In this document: piece after piece, positions 40,774-53,576 of the stretch
How positions within the stretch are numbered: the stretch's first letter is position 1
Layout of the letters: each line of letters opens with the position of its first letter
Assembly (NCBI GenBank): GCA_043809645.1
Contig: JBDROX010000044.1
Location: 767 to 64,766 of the forward strand
Reading direction: 5' to 3'
Length of the DNA: 64,000 nt
Source of the DNA: Candidatus Magasanikiibacteriota bacterium
Lineage (GTDB): Bacteria > Patescibacteriota > Patescibacteriia > Magasanikbacterales > UBA922
Translations under genes and position numbers: made by a program
Notes under the pieces: model-generated
Told to the model about the DNA's origin: nothing
What the model saw: the letters and a program-made list of their open reading frames with translations, nothing else
Databases searched by the model: none

Positions 40774-42612
40774 ATGATAGAAAGAACAAAAGGACCGAGA
40801 GTGCGCCGGAATACTGGGGCGCGATCTCGGAGACAGAAGAAAGAAGACAATAGAACAAGACAACCAGGGCAGAATAAGTCTGGAGGACAGCCAAAGAAGA
40901 GAGCAAGGGGGTCCTACAAAAAAGCAGAACAAATTCCTAGTGCAACTAGGGATGTCCTTCGAATTATTCCAATTGGTGGTTGTGAAGAGGTTGGGAGAAA
41001 CATGACCGTATTTGAATACAATAATGATATTGTTATTCTCGATATGGGTCTGCAGTTTCCAGAAGAGGACATGCCAGGTATTGACTATATCATCCCAAAT
41101 GTCAGATATCTGAAAGGAAAAGAAAAGAATATACGTGGTGTTATCCTGTCCCATGGTCATCTCGATCATATTGGAGCAGCACCAATTCTTCTCGAACAGC
41201 TAGGGAATCCACCAATTATTGCAATGCCATTGACCGTTGCGCTCGTGAAGCATAAGCAAGAGGATTACAAAAAAGGATCGTCTAAGAAATTGAAAGTAGT
41301 GACTATCAAAGGCGTCAAAGATAGAATTGCCCTTGGGAGTTTCACTGCAAATTTTTTCCAGGTGGAACACTCTATTATGGACAGTGTGGGTGTCATTCTC
41401 GAAACACCAGCAGGGTCTGTTTTTCATCCAGGTGACTGGACGATGGAGCGTGATGTGGATGGGAAAACACATCTGAATTATCACGAGCTTGCAAAAGTGA
41501 AGAAGCCTAGTGTCCTCATGCTCGAAAGTCTCGGTGCGATTCATGACAAGAGACACGGTACGTATGAGGAGATGTACAATAATTTGCACGGCATTATCCA
41601 GGCTGCGCCTGGTCGTGTGATCATTGCAACATTTTCATCTCAGGTGGAGCGTGTGAAATGGATTCTTGAAGCATGCAAGAAGCTGAACAAGAAAGTAGCA
41701 TTCGAAGGGTATAGTATGAAGATGAACATGGAGATCGCCAAAAAATTGGGATATGTGAAGATTCCAAAAGAAACAGTGATCGACATACATAAGATTGATA
41801 AGTATCCAGAGGGTAAGGTAGTCATCATCTGTACTGGTGCGCAGGGCGAGGAAAATGCTGTGCTGAGTCGAATCACAAGCAAAACACACAGAACAGTGGA
41901 GCTCCGAAAAAAAGATACTGTGATATTTTCTTCTTCTGTCATTCCAGGAAATGAACGAACTATTCAGAGATTGAAAGATAATATTTATCGCCAGTGTGAC
42001 AATGTGATCCATGGAGATATCATGGATGTCCATGTGAGTGGTCACTCTACAAGACAGGACATTGTCGACATGATCAAACAGACAAAGCCAGATTATTATA
42101 TTCCAGTGTATGCAAATCATTTCTTCTTGAAAGAGGCCCAGAAGCTTGCAATTAAAAATGGATATCCAGAGAAGAATATTTTCGTTCCAGACAATGGATC
42201 CATAATTGAGCTCTCCAAGAGTGGCATCAAAATGCTAAAGGAGAAGGCGCCGAGTGACTACGTCTTTGTTGACGGGCTTGGGGTGAGTGATTCGCAACAG
42301 ATCGTCCTTCGCGACAGACAGGTCCTGACAGAGGACGGTATGCTCGTAGTTATTGCGACTATTCATACTAAAACAGGAATGCTTACACAGAATCCAGATA
42401 TCATTTCTCGTGGATTTGTCTTCCTCAAGGATAATAAGAAATTGATCGAAGATATACGCCACAAGGTCAAGAATATGGTGATTCAATCTGACCCACGAAG
42501 TTGGGCAGACACGAATCAGATCAGAAATGATATTCGAGATAAGATTGGACAGTTTGTATTCACAAAGACAGAGAAGCGTCCAATGATTCTTCCTGTTGTT
42601 ATTGAAGTCTAA
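40774..42612 (+). CDS. rnj: Ribonuclease J
   Basis: GGCEEVGRNM, SHGHLDHIG, CTGAQGE, HVSGH, RPMILPV. Confidence 0.95.
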   Translation: MIERTKGPRVRRNTGARSRRQKKEDNRTRQPGQNKSGGQPKKRARGSYKKAEQIPSATRDVLRIIPIGGCEEVGRNMTVFEYNNDIVILDMGLQFPEEDMPGIDYIIPNVRYLKGKEKNIRGVILSHGHLDHIGAAPILLEQLGNPPIIAMPLTVALVKHKQEDYKKGSSKKLKVVTIKGVKDRIALGSFTANFFQVEHSIMDSVGVILETPAGSVFHPGDWTMERDVDGKTHLNYHELAKVKKPSVLMLESLGAIHDKRHGTYEEMYNNLHGIIQAAPGRVIIATFSSQVERVKWILEACKKLNKKVAFEGYSMKMNMEIAKKLGYVKIPKETVIDIHKIDKYPEGKVVIICTGAQGEENAVLSRITSKTHRTVELRKKDTVIFSSSVIPGNERTIQRLKDNIYRQCDNVIHGDIMDVHVSGHSTRQDIVDMIKQTKPDYYIPVYANHFFLKEAQKLAIKNGYPEKNIFVPDNGSIIELSKSGIKMLKEKAPSDYVFVDGLGVSDSQQIVLRDRQVLTEDGMLVVIATIHTKTGMLTQNPDIISRGFVFLKDNKKLIEDIRHKVKNMVIQSDPRSWADTNQIRNDIRDKIGQFVFTKTEKRPMILPVVIEV

Positions 42613-42885
42613 TATAGAAGAGAGAAAAGCATCTGGAGCATATCAAGATGGAGTTTATGCTCCGTCTTTAGAGCCACCCATGCCAACGCCTCGTGAGAAA
42701 AAGACACCAGGAACAGATCCACGGGTTATTATTCATGATCCAGGAAAGGACGAAGAAGGCGGGGAGGATGATAGAGTAAGTATAGGAAGGATATAAAAAA
42801 TAAAAAAACCACCATATGGTGGTTTTTTTATTTACACTCCCAGCTATTTACGGTACACTACCCTCATTACTTTTATGATCAATAT

Positions 42886-43869
42886 ATGAAAAAACAAGTT
42901 ATTTTTTCTGGTATTCAGCCAACAGGGAATCTTCATATTGGGAATTATTTGGGAGCTATCAAGAATTGGATCGAACTCCAAGAGAGTGGCAAGTATGATT
43001 GTTATTTTTGTATTGTCGATTATCATGCACTCACTGGAAATCTTGGGGCGAAAGAAAGAAGGGCCCAAATATTAAAAACTGCTGCAGAGCTCCTAGCTCT
43101 TGGTGTTGACCCAGACAAGTCAACATTCTTCATTCAGTCATACGTGCCAGAACATACAGAGCTTGCATGGATTCTGAACACTGTCTCTCCGTTCTCAGAA
43201 TTAGAACGCATGACGCAGTTCAAGGATAAGTCAAAGCAACAAAAGAAGAATGTCAACGTTGGTCTTTTTACCTATCCGGTCCTTCAAGCCGCAGATATTC
43301 TCATGTATCATGGTGATTTTGTGCCTGTTGGAGAGGATCAGGTTCAACATGTCGAGCTTACTCGAGATGTTGCAAAATGGTTTAATAAAAGATATGGGGA
43401 TTATTTTCCAGAAACCAAGGTAAAGCTTACTAAGATTCCACGCGTGAAGAGTCTTCTCGACCCAGAAAAAAAGATGAGTAAGAGTCTGGGGCCAAATCAT
43501 GTTGTTGAGCTTGCAGACGAGCCGGCTGTGTTAGAGAAGAAGTTCAAGAAAGCAGTCACTGCTACAAAGCCAGGTGATATGACTCCTGGGGTGCAGAATC
43601 TCATGAATATTGTCTATGCATTCGAAGATAGGACAATATCAAAAGCATTTGAATTCGCCATGGAAGAAAAGACAATCCAATACGGAAAACTCAAAGAGTC
43701 TGCAGCCAGGGGAGTGAGTGCTTTCTTTGAAGAATTTAGAGAGAAAAGAAAAGAGCTTCTGGTTAACCCTGCGAAAGTTGCAGATATGCTCGATGATGGA
43801 GCTCTCAGAGCCAGAGAGGTGGCGCAGAAAACACTCGAAGATGTTCGGACTCTCGTTGGTCTCAGATAA
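42886..43869 (+). CDS. trpS: Tryptophanyl-tRNA synthetase
   Basis: SGIQPTG, HIGN, YPVLQAADI, VPVGEDQ, KMSKS. Confidence 0.96.
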   Translation: MKKQVIFSGIQPTGNLHIGNYLGAIKNWIELQESGKYDCYFCIVDYHALTGNLGAKERRAQILKTAAELLALGVDPDKSTFFIQSYVPEHTELAWILNTVSPFSELERMTQFKDKSKQQKKNVNVGLFTYPVLQAADILMYHGDFVPVGEDQVQHVELTRDVAKWFNKRYGDYFPETKVKLTKIPRVKSLLDPEKKMSKSLGPNHVVELADEPAVLEKKFKKAVTATKPGDMTPGVQNLMNIVYAFEDRTISKAFEFAMEEKTIQYGKLKESAARGVSAFFEEFREKRKELLVNPAKVADMLDDGALRAREVAQKTLEDVRTLVGLR

Positions 43870-44068
43870 TTTTTTTCTATGCCAAATATACAAACACTTT
43901 CGTGCGAGGAGTATGGAGTAGTATTTCTTGACAATATGGAAGTGTGTGATATTGTGGCTATATATGAAACTGCGAAATAATAATTGGAATAATCAAAATG
44001 CCCAAAGCAGGACGTAGTTTTGTGCAAAAACAAAAAACTAATCCCGCTTTCAGAGCGGGTTTTTTCAT

Positions 44069-44140
44069 TCCGAGGTAGTTCAGTGGTAGAACGCAGCGCT
44101 GTTAACGCTGATGTCACAGGTTCGAATCCTGTCCTCGGAG
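44069..44140 (+). tRNA. tRNA-Asn(GTT)
   Basis: TCCGAGG/CCTCGGA stem, CAGCG-CTGTTAA-CGCTG, GGTTCGAATCC. Confidence 0.95.
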
Positions 44141-44310
44141 CAACGAAAAATGGCTTCGCCATCTCGTGGCAGGCCATATGAATATCGCAGAAACCACTTA
44201 CGTGAATTTCGTAAAACGTTTTGAAATATAAATGGCGAAGTTCATTTTTTGGGATAGTCGCCTGGGATTCTTTGTGTTACTATTTAGATATGTCTTATAA
44301 TGCATAACAT

Positions 44311-46668
<2,358 letters not shown>

Positions 46669-46669
46669 T

Positions 46670-48079
46670 ATGCAAGAAAAAATATATCACATCACAGGTA
46701 TGCATTGTGCGTCTTGTGAGTTACTCATTGAAAAAAGAGTCTTAAAAGAGGAAGGGGTAAAGGTGGTTGATGCATCACTTGGAAACGGGACACTCCGTAT
46801 AGAATCAGACGGAAGAGTTCCAAAGGTGAAGGATTTGAATGCGTGGTTCAAGAATGATCAGTATTCATTTTCTGAAACAAAAGAAGCAGAAGTGCGAGAG
46901 CCACTACTATATGTTCAGGAAGGAAAGGGTGTTCAAGTGAATAAAAAGATTTTGAAGAGAAAGCTCAGTGTTCTTGTAAAAATTGCAGTAGTCTTCTTCG
47001 CTCTCTTTTTGATAGAGCGAAGTGGTGCTGTAGGGTATGTGAGCGTGGGCGTCAATTCTTCTCTTGGCCTGTTCTTTTTATTTGGCATTGTTGCTGGCTT
47101 ATCGAGTTGTGCTGCTCTTGTCGGAGGAATTCTTCTTTCTCTTACCAAGGGTTGGAATGATCAATATGGGTTTGATGCACCAATGAAAACGAAAATGATC
47201 CCCCATGTTTATTTTCATGTTGGAAGATTATTCGCGTATGGATTTCTCGGAGGATTGCTCGGTGCCCTAGGGAAAGCAGTCGCGTTTGAGAATGTGACGA
47301 TATATGCTGCCATCACAATTGGTGTGTCGCTGGTGATGCTCATCATTGGGTTACAGATGGCTGGAGTGAAATGGGCAGAACGATTTCAGATTCGTATGCC
47401 GAAGTTTGTCACTCGTCGTGTTGCAGGGAATAGTACAAAACAGGGGAAGAGGCTCCCATTTGCGATTGGTGCTGGGACGATCGTACTTCCATGTGGATTT
47501 ACACTTATTGTCCAGGGGATCGCATTGACTTCAGGAAGCGCTGTGAGTGGGGCCCTCATGCTCATGGTGTTCGTCCTCGGTACGGTGATTCCGCTTCTGT
47601 TTATTGGTGTAGCAAGCATAAAAGGGTCAGAAAATCCAAAGCGTGGGAGAGTCTTTTCATTCTATGCAGGCGTCGTCCTTGTGATCTTCGCACTCTACAA
47701 TGTGAACGGGCAGATGAATGTACTTGGATTGAAGAGTGTAAGCGATCTCTTTGCCGGTGATCTTCCCACTGAGAAGACTGAAGTAAATCAAGTGTTAGAC
47801 AGTAATGGTGAGCAGGTTGTTAGTCTCGTGGCAAAAGGATTTAGCTACAAGCTCACAAGCCCTGCAACCATTCAAGCAGGAGTTCCTACGAAACTCATTG
47901 TTGATGATCAGGGAATGCAGGGGTGCGGAGTATTTTTGGCTGCCAGAGGATTGATTGATGGATTTGTTGATTTGAAACTGGGTGAGAATGTTATAGATTT
48001 AGGAAAGCCTAAAAAAGGAACATACAAAATTACCTGTTCGATGGGAATGGTTCCGCCTGTTACCATTCGAGTGCAATAA
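46670..48079 (+). CDS. HMA + DsbD_2/TauE-like membrane domain + cupredoxin-like C-terminus
   Basis: MHCASC, SSCAALVGG, LPCG, TCSMGM. Confidence 0.85.
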   Translation: MQEKIYHITGMHCASCELLIEKRVLKEEGVKVVDASLGNGTLRIESDGRVPKVKDLNAWFKNDQYSFSETKEAEVREPLLYVQEGKGVQVNKKILKRKLSVLVKIAVVFFALFLIERSGAVGYVSVGVNSSLGLFFLFGIVAGLSSCAALVGGILLSLTKGWNDQYGFDAPMKTKMIPHVYFHVGRLFAYGFLGGLLGALGKAVAFENVTIYAAITIGVSLVMLIIGLQMAGVKWAERFQIRMPKFVTRRVAGNSTKQGKRLPFAIGAGTIVLPCGFTLIVQGIALTSGSAVSGALMLMVFVLGTVIPLLFIGVASIKGSENPKRGRVFSFYAGVVLVIFALYNVNGQMNVLGLKSVSDLFAGDLPTEKTEVNQVLDSNGEQVVSLVAKGFSYKLTSPATIQAGVPTKLIVDDQGMQGCGVFLAARGLIDGFVDLKLGENVIDLGKPKKGTYKITCSMGMVPPVTIRVQ

Positions 48080-48096
48080 TCAATAATATTACGCAT

Positions 48097-48315
48097 ATGA
48101 AGACACTTACAGTACGGGGTATGCACTGCGAAGCATGCAAAAAGCTCATTATCATGGAGTTCGAAGAATCGGGGCTAGGCGCATTGGTGAAAGATGTCGA
48201 GGTAACAGAAGAGGGTAAAAAAGGTATTTTTCATCTTGAGGAGGGGGCTACTGACAAAGAGATCGAGAAAATGAAATCAATTGTTAATGCAATGGAAGGC
48301 TACTCCGTAGAGTAG
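48097..48315 (+). CDS. Heavy-metal chaperone (CopZ-like)
   Basis: GMHCEAC. Confidence 0.85.
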   Translation: MKTLTVRGMHCEACKKLIIMEFEESGLGALVKDVEVTEEGKKGIFHLEEGATDKEIEKMKSIVNAMEGYSVE

Positions 48316-48397
48316 CCTTTGGCTATGAATACCTTTGACAATTTTTTCATACTCACGTACATTTAGAGTCGTTAGAAATTGTTCTAGGTACTTTATT

Positions 48398-49591
48398 ATG
48401 AAAAAAAGAGGTTTTTTTAGAAAAATGCTGTTTTTGGTAATACTGTTATTGATAGGATGGGGGACATATTTATATGTTTCTGGTAGGGATTTTAGAAGAG
48501 AAAAGAAACAACATACAGAGGAGGTGAAAGAAGTCCTCGAAGCACGTCTTCAGGTTCCAGATAGCAATGAAGACGTTGATCCTTTTGGTGAGGATAATAT
48601 TGTGAGAATTCTTTTTGTAGGACTGGATAGTCGTGCTGGAGACGAGTCTGCGCACTGTGATGCTATCCAGCTCATAGAGATTGATAAAGAACATGATCGC
48701 ATTACGATTACTGCAGTTCCACGTGGCACATACTCGCCACTCCCGTCGGGAAAGGGAACAACTTCAACTGATTACTATGTTTCGAATTCATGTGGACTTG
48801 GCGGACTTGAGTATGGCGTGAAGCAAATTGAACGAATTCTTGGGAAAAAGGCAGACTACCTTGTATTCGCTGGTTTTTCAGAAGTGCTTGGTATGCTCCG
48901 AGCACTGAAGCTCCCGACTACAGAGACGCTCCAGTGGCTACGCAACCGTCAGGGATATGCTATTGGTGAACCACAGCGAGCGCGGAACCATTCTAATTTT
49001 CTGAAAAAACTTTTCGTTGATAAAGTTCCAGACGAGCGAAAAAAGGTAGATACAGCCCTTCAATATCTGCTCTATACCACCGTCGATACAAATCTGACCT
49101 TTGCAGAAATGGGAAATATTCTCGATGAGCTGATAGATATGAATTTAAAAGAAAAACCAGAGAATATTTTTCTTGCCATGCGTCCGGTTCATCCTGTGCA
49201 AGATATTGAATATGCCCCAGATAACATTGAGGGACATCTGGAGGCAACACTTGGGAAGATATCCGGTTGGCTTCCGAGAGTGGATTACTCAAATGCAAGC
49301 AAAGAGGAGGTTCAAGAGCAGCTTCTGGAGACAATTAAGAAAAATGAAGAAAATCCGGAGTTTGTCTCTTGGTCATTTGATAACCATGTGTGGTTGCAGG
49401 TAGAAGATGCTGTACTTCGTGAAGATATCCATTTTGACATCCTCGTCAGATATGTAGAAAATTTGGGGGATTTTTCAAAGCAAAAGAAATATATCGAAGA
49501 CTATATTTTAGAAATGGACTATTGGGGTAATGGGTATTGGAGAGACATAGGATGGGTATTCCTCGAACGGCTCCAAGAAGCGCAAGAATAA
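48398..49591 (+). CDS. LCP (LytR-CpsA-Psr)-like protein
   Basis: TM helix, ILFVGLDSR, DAIQL, AVPR. Confidence 0.7.
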   Translation: MKKRGFFRKMLFLVILLLIGWGTYLYVSGRDFRREKKQHTEEVKEVLEARLQVPDSNEDVDPFGEDNIVRILFVGLDSRAGDESAHCDAIQLIEIDKEHDRITITAVPRGTYSPLPSGKGTTSTDYYVSNSCGLGGLEYGVKQIERILGKKADYLVFAGFSEVLGMLRALKLPTTETLQWLRNRQGYAIGEPQRARNHSNFLKKLFVDKVPDERKKVDTALQYLLYTTVDTNLTFAEMGNILDELIDMNLKEKPENIFLAMRPVHPVQDIEYAPDNIEGHLEATLGKISGWLPRVDYSNASKEEVQEQLLETIKKNEENPEFVSWSFDNHVWLQVEDAVLREDIHFDILVRYVENLGDFSKQKKYIEDYILEMDYWGNGYWRDIGWVFLERLQEAQE

Positions 49592-49730
49592 AAAACTGCC
49601 ATTGGACAGTTTTTTATTCTTGGCATTTATAAAATTATGAATATATTCCGAATACACATCTTTTTAATATATTGAAAGAAAATGGCTTCATTGACGTACT
49701 ACCAGGTAGGCGTGTAGTGTGAATGTATAC

Positions 49731-50312
49731 ATGAAAGAACATGAAGTATGCGACAATCTAACTGATGAACAACTAGTAGAGAAGGTTCGCGGCAATGCCG
49801 AGGCATTTGTATATATTATCAATCGGTACACAGACCGATTATTTCGGTATATTCGGAGGATGACGAATGTCGAAAAGGAGGAAGCAGAGGATATACTGCA
49901 GGAAACTTTTATAAAGACATACATACATATTAATGATTTTGATAATTCACTCAAATTTTCTTCTTGGATATATAGGATAGCCCGTAACCAAGTGATTAGC
50001 GACTGGAGAAAAAGAAAAATTCGGCCACAGTCAGACTCTACAGAGCATGATGATAAGCTACTCAATATTGGATCAGAATTGAACCTAGAAGAGGAAGTTG
50101 ACAGAGATATCTTTGAACAGCATATTCGTGAAGTTCTGAATCATTTGGATAAGAAATATAAAGATGTTCTCATCCTTAGATTTTTAGAAGAAAAGAATTA
50201 TAAAGAAATTTCTGACATTCTCAAAAAACCAGAAGGAACAGTTGCTACGCTTTTGAATAGAGCGAAGAAACAATGCAAACGCATCATTGAAAAAAAATCA
50301 ATCCAATTTTGA
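49731..50312 (+). CDS. ECF sigma-70 factor
   Basis: AEDILQETFIK, FSSWIYRIARN, region 4 YKEISDIL..PEGTV. Confidence 0.92.
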   Translation: MKEHEVCDNLTDEQLVEKVRGNAEAFVYIINRYTDRLFRYIRRMTNVEKEEAEDILQETFIKTYIHINDFDNSLKFSSWIYRIARNQVISDWRKRKIRPQSDSTEHDDKLLNIGSELNLEEEVDRDIFEQHIREVLNHLDKKYKDVLILRFLEEKNYKEISDILKKPEGTVATLLNRAKKQCKRIIEKKSIQF

Positions 50313-50316
50313 TCAT

Positions 50317-51078
50317 ATGGAAAATAATGACATTTCAAAAGATATCCTGAGTAGAATAAAGGAAGAGAACATCACTCCAAAGCCACGGTGGGCCTTTTTG
50401 TTGCGTGACTGCGCACTCTGGATTGTCGGGGGTATTTGCGTATTCATTGGCGGACTGGCATTTGCTGTTATTCTCTACATGTTCCGAACCAGTCACTGGA
50501 GTCTGCTGTCTGAAGCTGGGGGCTCAACGGCAACAATTGTATTTGCCTCTCTTCCATATGTCTGGTTTCTTTGTCTTTTTCTCTTCCTTGGGGCAGCCTA
50601 TTACAATGTAAAGCATACAAAGCGCGGGTATAAGTGGAATCTTTTTACTATGATGGGTGGTTTGATACTTCTTAGTATCGTTTTTGGTATTTTGTTATAT
50701 GTGCTTGGTGTAGCGCGCGCAACAGATGAGGTGCTCATACGAAGGGCTCCAATATATGCGCGCGTGATGCATCCAAACCAGAGAGTGTGGATGCATCCTG
50801 AAAAGGGTCTCCTCACAGGCGTGATTATTGAGATTCATAGTAGCTCGACAATGGATATTCAGGATATACAGCGTAAACTGTGGAATGTGGTTCCGCATGA
50901 GATGTTTCCAGAATCGTTTTCCAAATTGACGCCTGGGCTCCGGATCATGATGGTCGGAGAGCGCAAAGGCGACGCATGTTTTGAAGTAAAACAGATGGCG
51001 CTTCCTGGTCCAAAAAAGCGAGTTATTCAGGCAATAATTCAGCGACAGGCGCAGACCCAAACTTCTGAATCTAGATAG
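50317..51078 (+). CDS. Membrane protein, putative anti-sigma partner
   Basis: Three TM helices, directly after the ECF sigma gene. Confidence 0.65.
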   Translation: MENNDISKDILSRIKEENITPKPRWAFLLRDCALWIVGGICVFIGGLAFAVILYMFRTSHWSLLSEAGGSTATIVFASLPYVWFLCLFLFLGAAYYNVKHTKRGYKWNLFTMMGGLILLSIVFGILLYVLGVARATDEVLIRRAPIYARVMHPNQRVWMHPEKGLLTGVIIEIHSSSTMDIQDIQRKLWNVVPHEMFPESFSKLTPGLRIMMVGERKGDACFEVKQMALPGPKKRVIQAIIQRQAQTQTSESR

Positions 51079-51184
51079 TGAAAGATTTTTTTTCGAGCTG
51101 CGTAATACTAGACAGAACGGATATCCATGTGTTCTAGAGCACAACATAGTACAACTCACTTTATTTAGAACGTAATATATACAT

Positions 51185-51778
51185 ATGAATACAAAAACAG
51201 CAGCCGGCATTTCGGCAATTGTTATAGCACTCACAGCAGGGATATTCTCTGTGGCAGCTCTTGGGGATGATCAGGCACCAGAGCAGAGTCAGTCTGGAAA
51301 GGCTTTTCAACAAATGGGGAAAAAGGGGCAGGGGCGTATGATATATAAGGGGCAGAATTCGGAAAATCTTGAAGCAGTCCAGGCTGCGCTAGCTTCTGGT
51401 GACTACACTGCCTGGAAAGATGCTGTGGGAGATAAAGGAATGTCAGAATATGTTACAGAAGAGAATTTTGATCAGTTTGTACAGATACATAATCTCATGA
51501 AATCAGGTGACAAAGATGGGGCAAAGGCTATTGCAGAAGAACTTGGTCTTCCAGAAATAGGTCAAATGAAGGGTGAACATAGAGAAGCTGTGCAGGCTGC
51601 TGTCGAAGCTGGTGACTATGCTGCTTTTCAGGAAGCGGTCGGGGATGGAAAAATGGCAGAAGTTATTATAGAAGAGAACTTTGGTCGGTTCATCGAAATG
51701 CATAACCACATGGACGCAGCCAAAACAATTGCAGAGGAACTCGGTCTTCCACAGCATAGGATGCGTGGACGAAGATAA
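51185..51778 (+). CDS. Exported protein with an internal duplication
   Basis: Signal peptide; two copies of EAVQAA..GDY.A..AVGD..EENF..AK.IAEELGLP. Confidence 0.75.
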   Translation: MNTKTAAGISAIVIALTAGIFSVAALGDDQAPEQSQSGKAFQQMGKKGQGRMIYKGQNSENLEAVQAALASGDYTAWKDAVGDKGMSEYVTEENFDQFVQIHNLMKSGDKDGAKAIAEELGLPEIGQMKGEHREAVQAAVEAGDYAAFQEAVGDGKMAEVIIEENFGRFIEMHNHMDAAKTIAEELGLPQHRMRGRR

Positions 51779-51918
51779 CTATATATACCCACAGACAAGC
51801 GCAAAAGCACTGCTCTAAACAAGCGGTGTTTTTGTTTATCCACATATCATTTCTTTGGGTATCAGGATATACTGAATATAATCTATAAAATAGCTTTTTA
51901 TTTACATAAAAAAATATT

Positions 51919-52142
51919 ATGAAAAAATACTTTTTTGTATTTGTAGTCATTCTTTTTATGGGTGCAGGCTGCTCGAGTGCTCCAGAGACCGAAACACATA
52001 CTGATACACTGGGTTCTGATATGGACTCAGAATTAGGCGGGGTGATGGTTGTGGATGAACTATCGAGTGTGGAGGTTAAGGTGAACGTGGTTGGTGAGGA
52101 AGATATGTAAGTATTCGAGGTCAGCGGCGCCAGCTTTGCATG
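51919..52142 (+). pseudogene. Truncated lipoprotein, possibly a cupredoxin remnant
   Basis: Lipobox MGAGC; the frame reads on after TAA as VFEVSGASFA. Confidence 0.4.
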
Positions 52143-52167
52143 GTTGGAAACCTTATCGTAAAATAGT

Positions 52168-52515
52168 ATGAAACATCAACGCCTCGCGACATATCTGATC
52201 CGGCTTGGAATTGCCATTGCTTTTCTTTATGCTGCCGTTGCATCATTCCTTGATCCAGGTTGGATTAATTTCCTTCCTGGATGGTTCATTGACACTGGGT
52301 TTGCTCGGGCATTTCTTATTCTTTTTTCTTTGGCAGAGATTGCACTGTCACTATGGCTGCTTTCTGGAAAGAGAATATATGAGGCTGGCCTTGTCACTGC
52401 AGGAGTTACATTCATTATAGTACTCATCAATTACTCTGCGCTCGATCTCGTCTTCCGTGATATTCCAATCATCTTTGCAGCACTCGCGCTCAGCATTCTT
52501 GAAAAGAAAGAATAA
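52168..52515 (+). CDS. DoxX-like membrane protein
   Basis: RLGIA, four TM helices, VFRDI. Confidence 0.7.
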   Translation: MKHQRLATYLIRLGIAIAFLYAAVASFLDPGWINFLPGWFIDTGFARAFLILFSLAEIALSLWLLSGKRIYEAGLVTAGVTFIIVLINYSALDLVFRDIPIIFAALALSILEKKE

Positions 52516-52520
52516 AGCGT

Positions 52521-52937
52521 ATGTATCTTGTTACTAGTTTTCTTGTTTTGTGTTTTCTTGGGATTATTGATTCTGGGTATTTGTTGTACAAGAGAAAGAA
52601 GAAACATCCACTCGTTTGTCCACTGAACACAGACTGTACCGCAGTCCTCGGGAGTAAGTACAATACATTTCTCGGTGTGCATAATGAAATTTGGGGAGGG
52701 CTTTTTTATCTTACCCTTTTGGCGATGATGATGTCTATCATTCTGGGGTTGTTCAGAGATTACTTCATGGCAATGCTCCTCCCAATGATATCACTTGGGT
52801 TTTTGTATAGTCTATATCTCACAGGTGTGCAGATATTCAAGATAAAAGAGTATTGTTTGTATTGTCTTTTTTCTGCGTTTATTGCGTTTCTGATTCTCTT
52901 GGTTTCTCTGGGCTTGGCAGAGGCTGTGTATAGTTAA
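52521..52937 (+). CDS. Vitamin K epoxide reductase family protein
   Basis: C..C..VL.S loop and CLYC active site. Confidence 0.9.
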   Translation: MYLVTSFLVLCFLGIIDSGYLLYKRKKKHPLVCPLNTDCTAVLGSKYNTFLGVHNEIWGGLFYLTLLAMMMSIILGLFRDYFMAMLLPMISLGFLYSLYLTGVQIFKIKEYCLYCLFSAFIAFLILLVSLGLAEAVYS

Positions 52938-53146
52938 TTTTTTGCTGCGTGTAGCGGTAATTATAATAGGCTTTGTTGGTTTTTGTTGGTTTTGATGAAT
53001 ATATGCCTTGACAAATATTTGAAAGCATGCTATTCTATGCCCATCAAAAACAGTGTTGTAAAACAAACAGAGTCGAGTTTGGGTAGATGCTGGATTTGAT
53101 ACATTTCGCCCTAGGCGGAAACATTATTTAGTTGTTTTACAACATT

Positions 53147-53347
53147 ATGCCACAAGGTACTATTGCCAGACTAACCGATAAGGGGTTTGGTTTTATCTCT
53201 CGTGAAGGCGAAGAAAAAGATCTCTTTTTCCACGCTAACGAGCTTGTAGACGTAGAGTACAACGATCTTCGTGAAGGAGATACAGTTGAATTCGAAGTTG
53301 AAGAAGGTCCAAAAGGTCTGAACGCTGTTCAGGTCAAGAAAGCCTAA
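53147..53347 (+). CDS. cspA: Cold-shock protein
   Basis: KGFGFI, LFFH, GPKG. Confidence 0.93.
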   Translation: MPQGTIARLTDKGFGFISREGEEKDLFFHANELVDVEYNDLREGDTVEFEVEEGPKGLNAVQVKKA

Positions 53348-53576
53348 CTTTTTTTACAAGAAAAACACCCGCCATCAGGCGGGTGTTTTATTTTTCTAAA
53401 AATTGCCGGCGAAGCCGGTGTGTGTACGTTCGGAGGCAAGGCTGTACACTAAAACCGCCCTGCCAGCATCGCTGGCAAATACAAAATCATTGGCTATTTG
53501 CTGTCAGTCGTTTTTTGTTACTTATTGACAATATGGTATATATATGGTATACTTTTTTGTTTTTAATAAACTTCAT

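Noticed and set aside
42596-42796. Small Pro-rich ORF after rnj
   Set aside because: May be real but has no recognisable motif and an unclear start; not supportable.
43614-44177. 187-aa minus-strand ORF
   Set aside because: Overlaps tRNA-Asn and trpS antisense; spurious.
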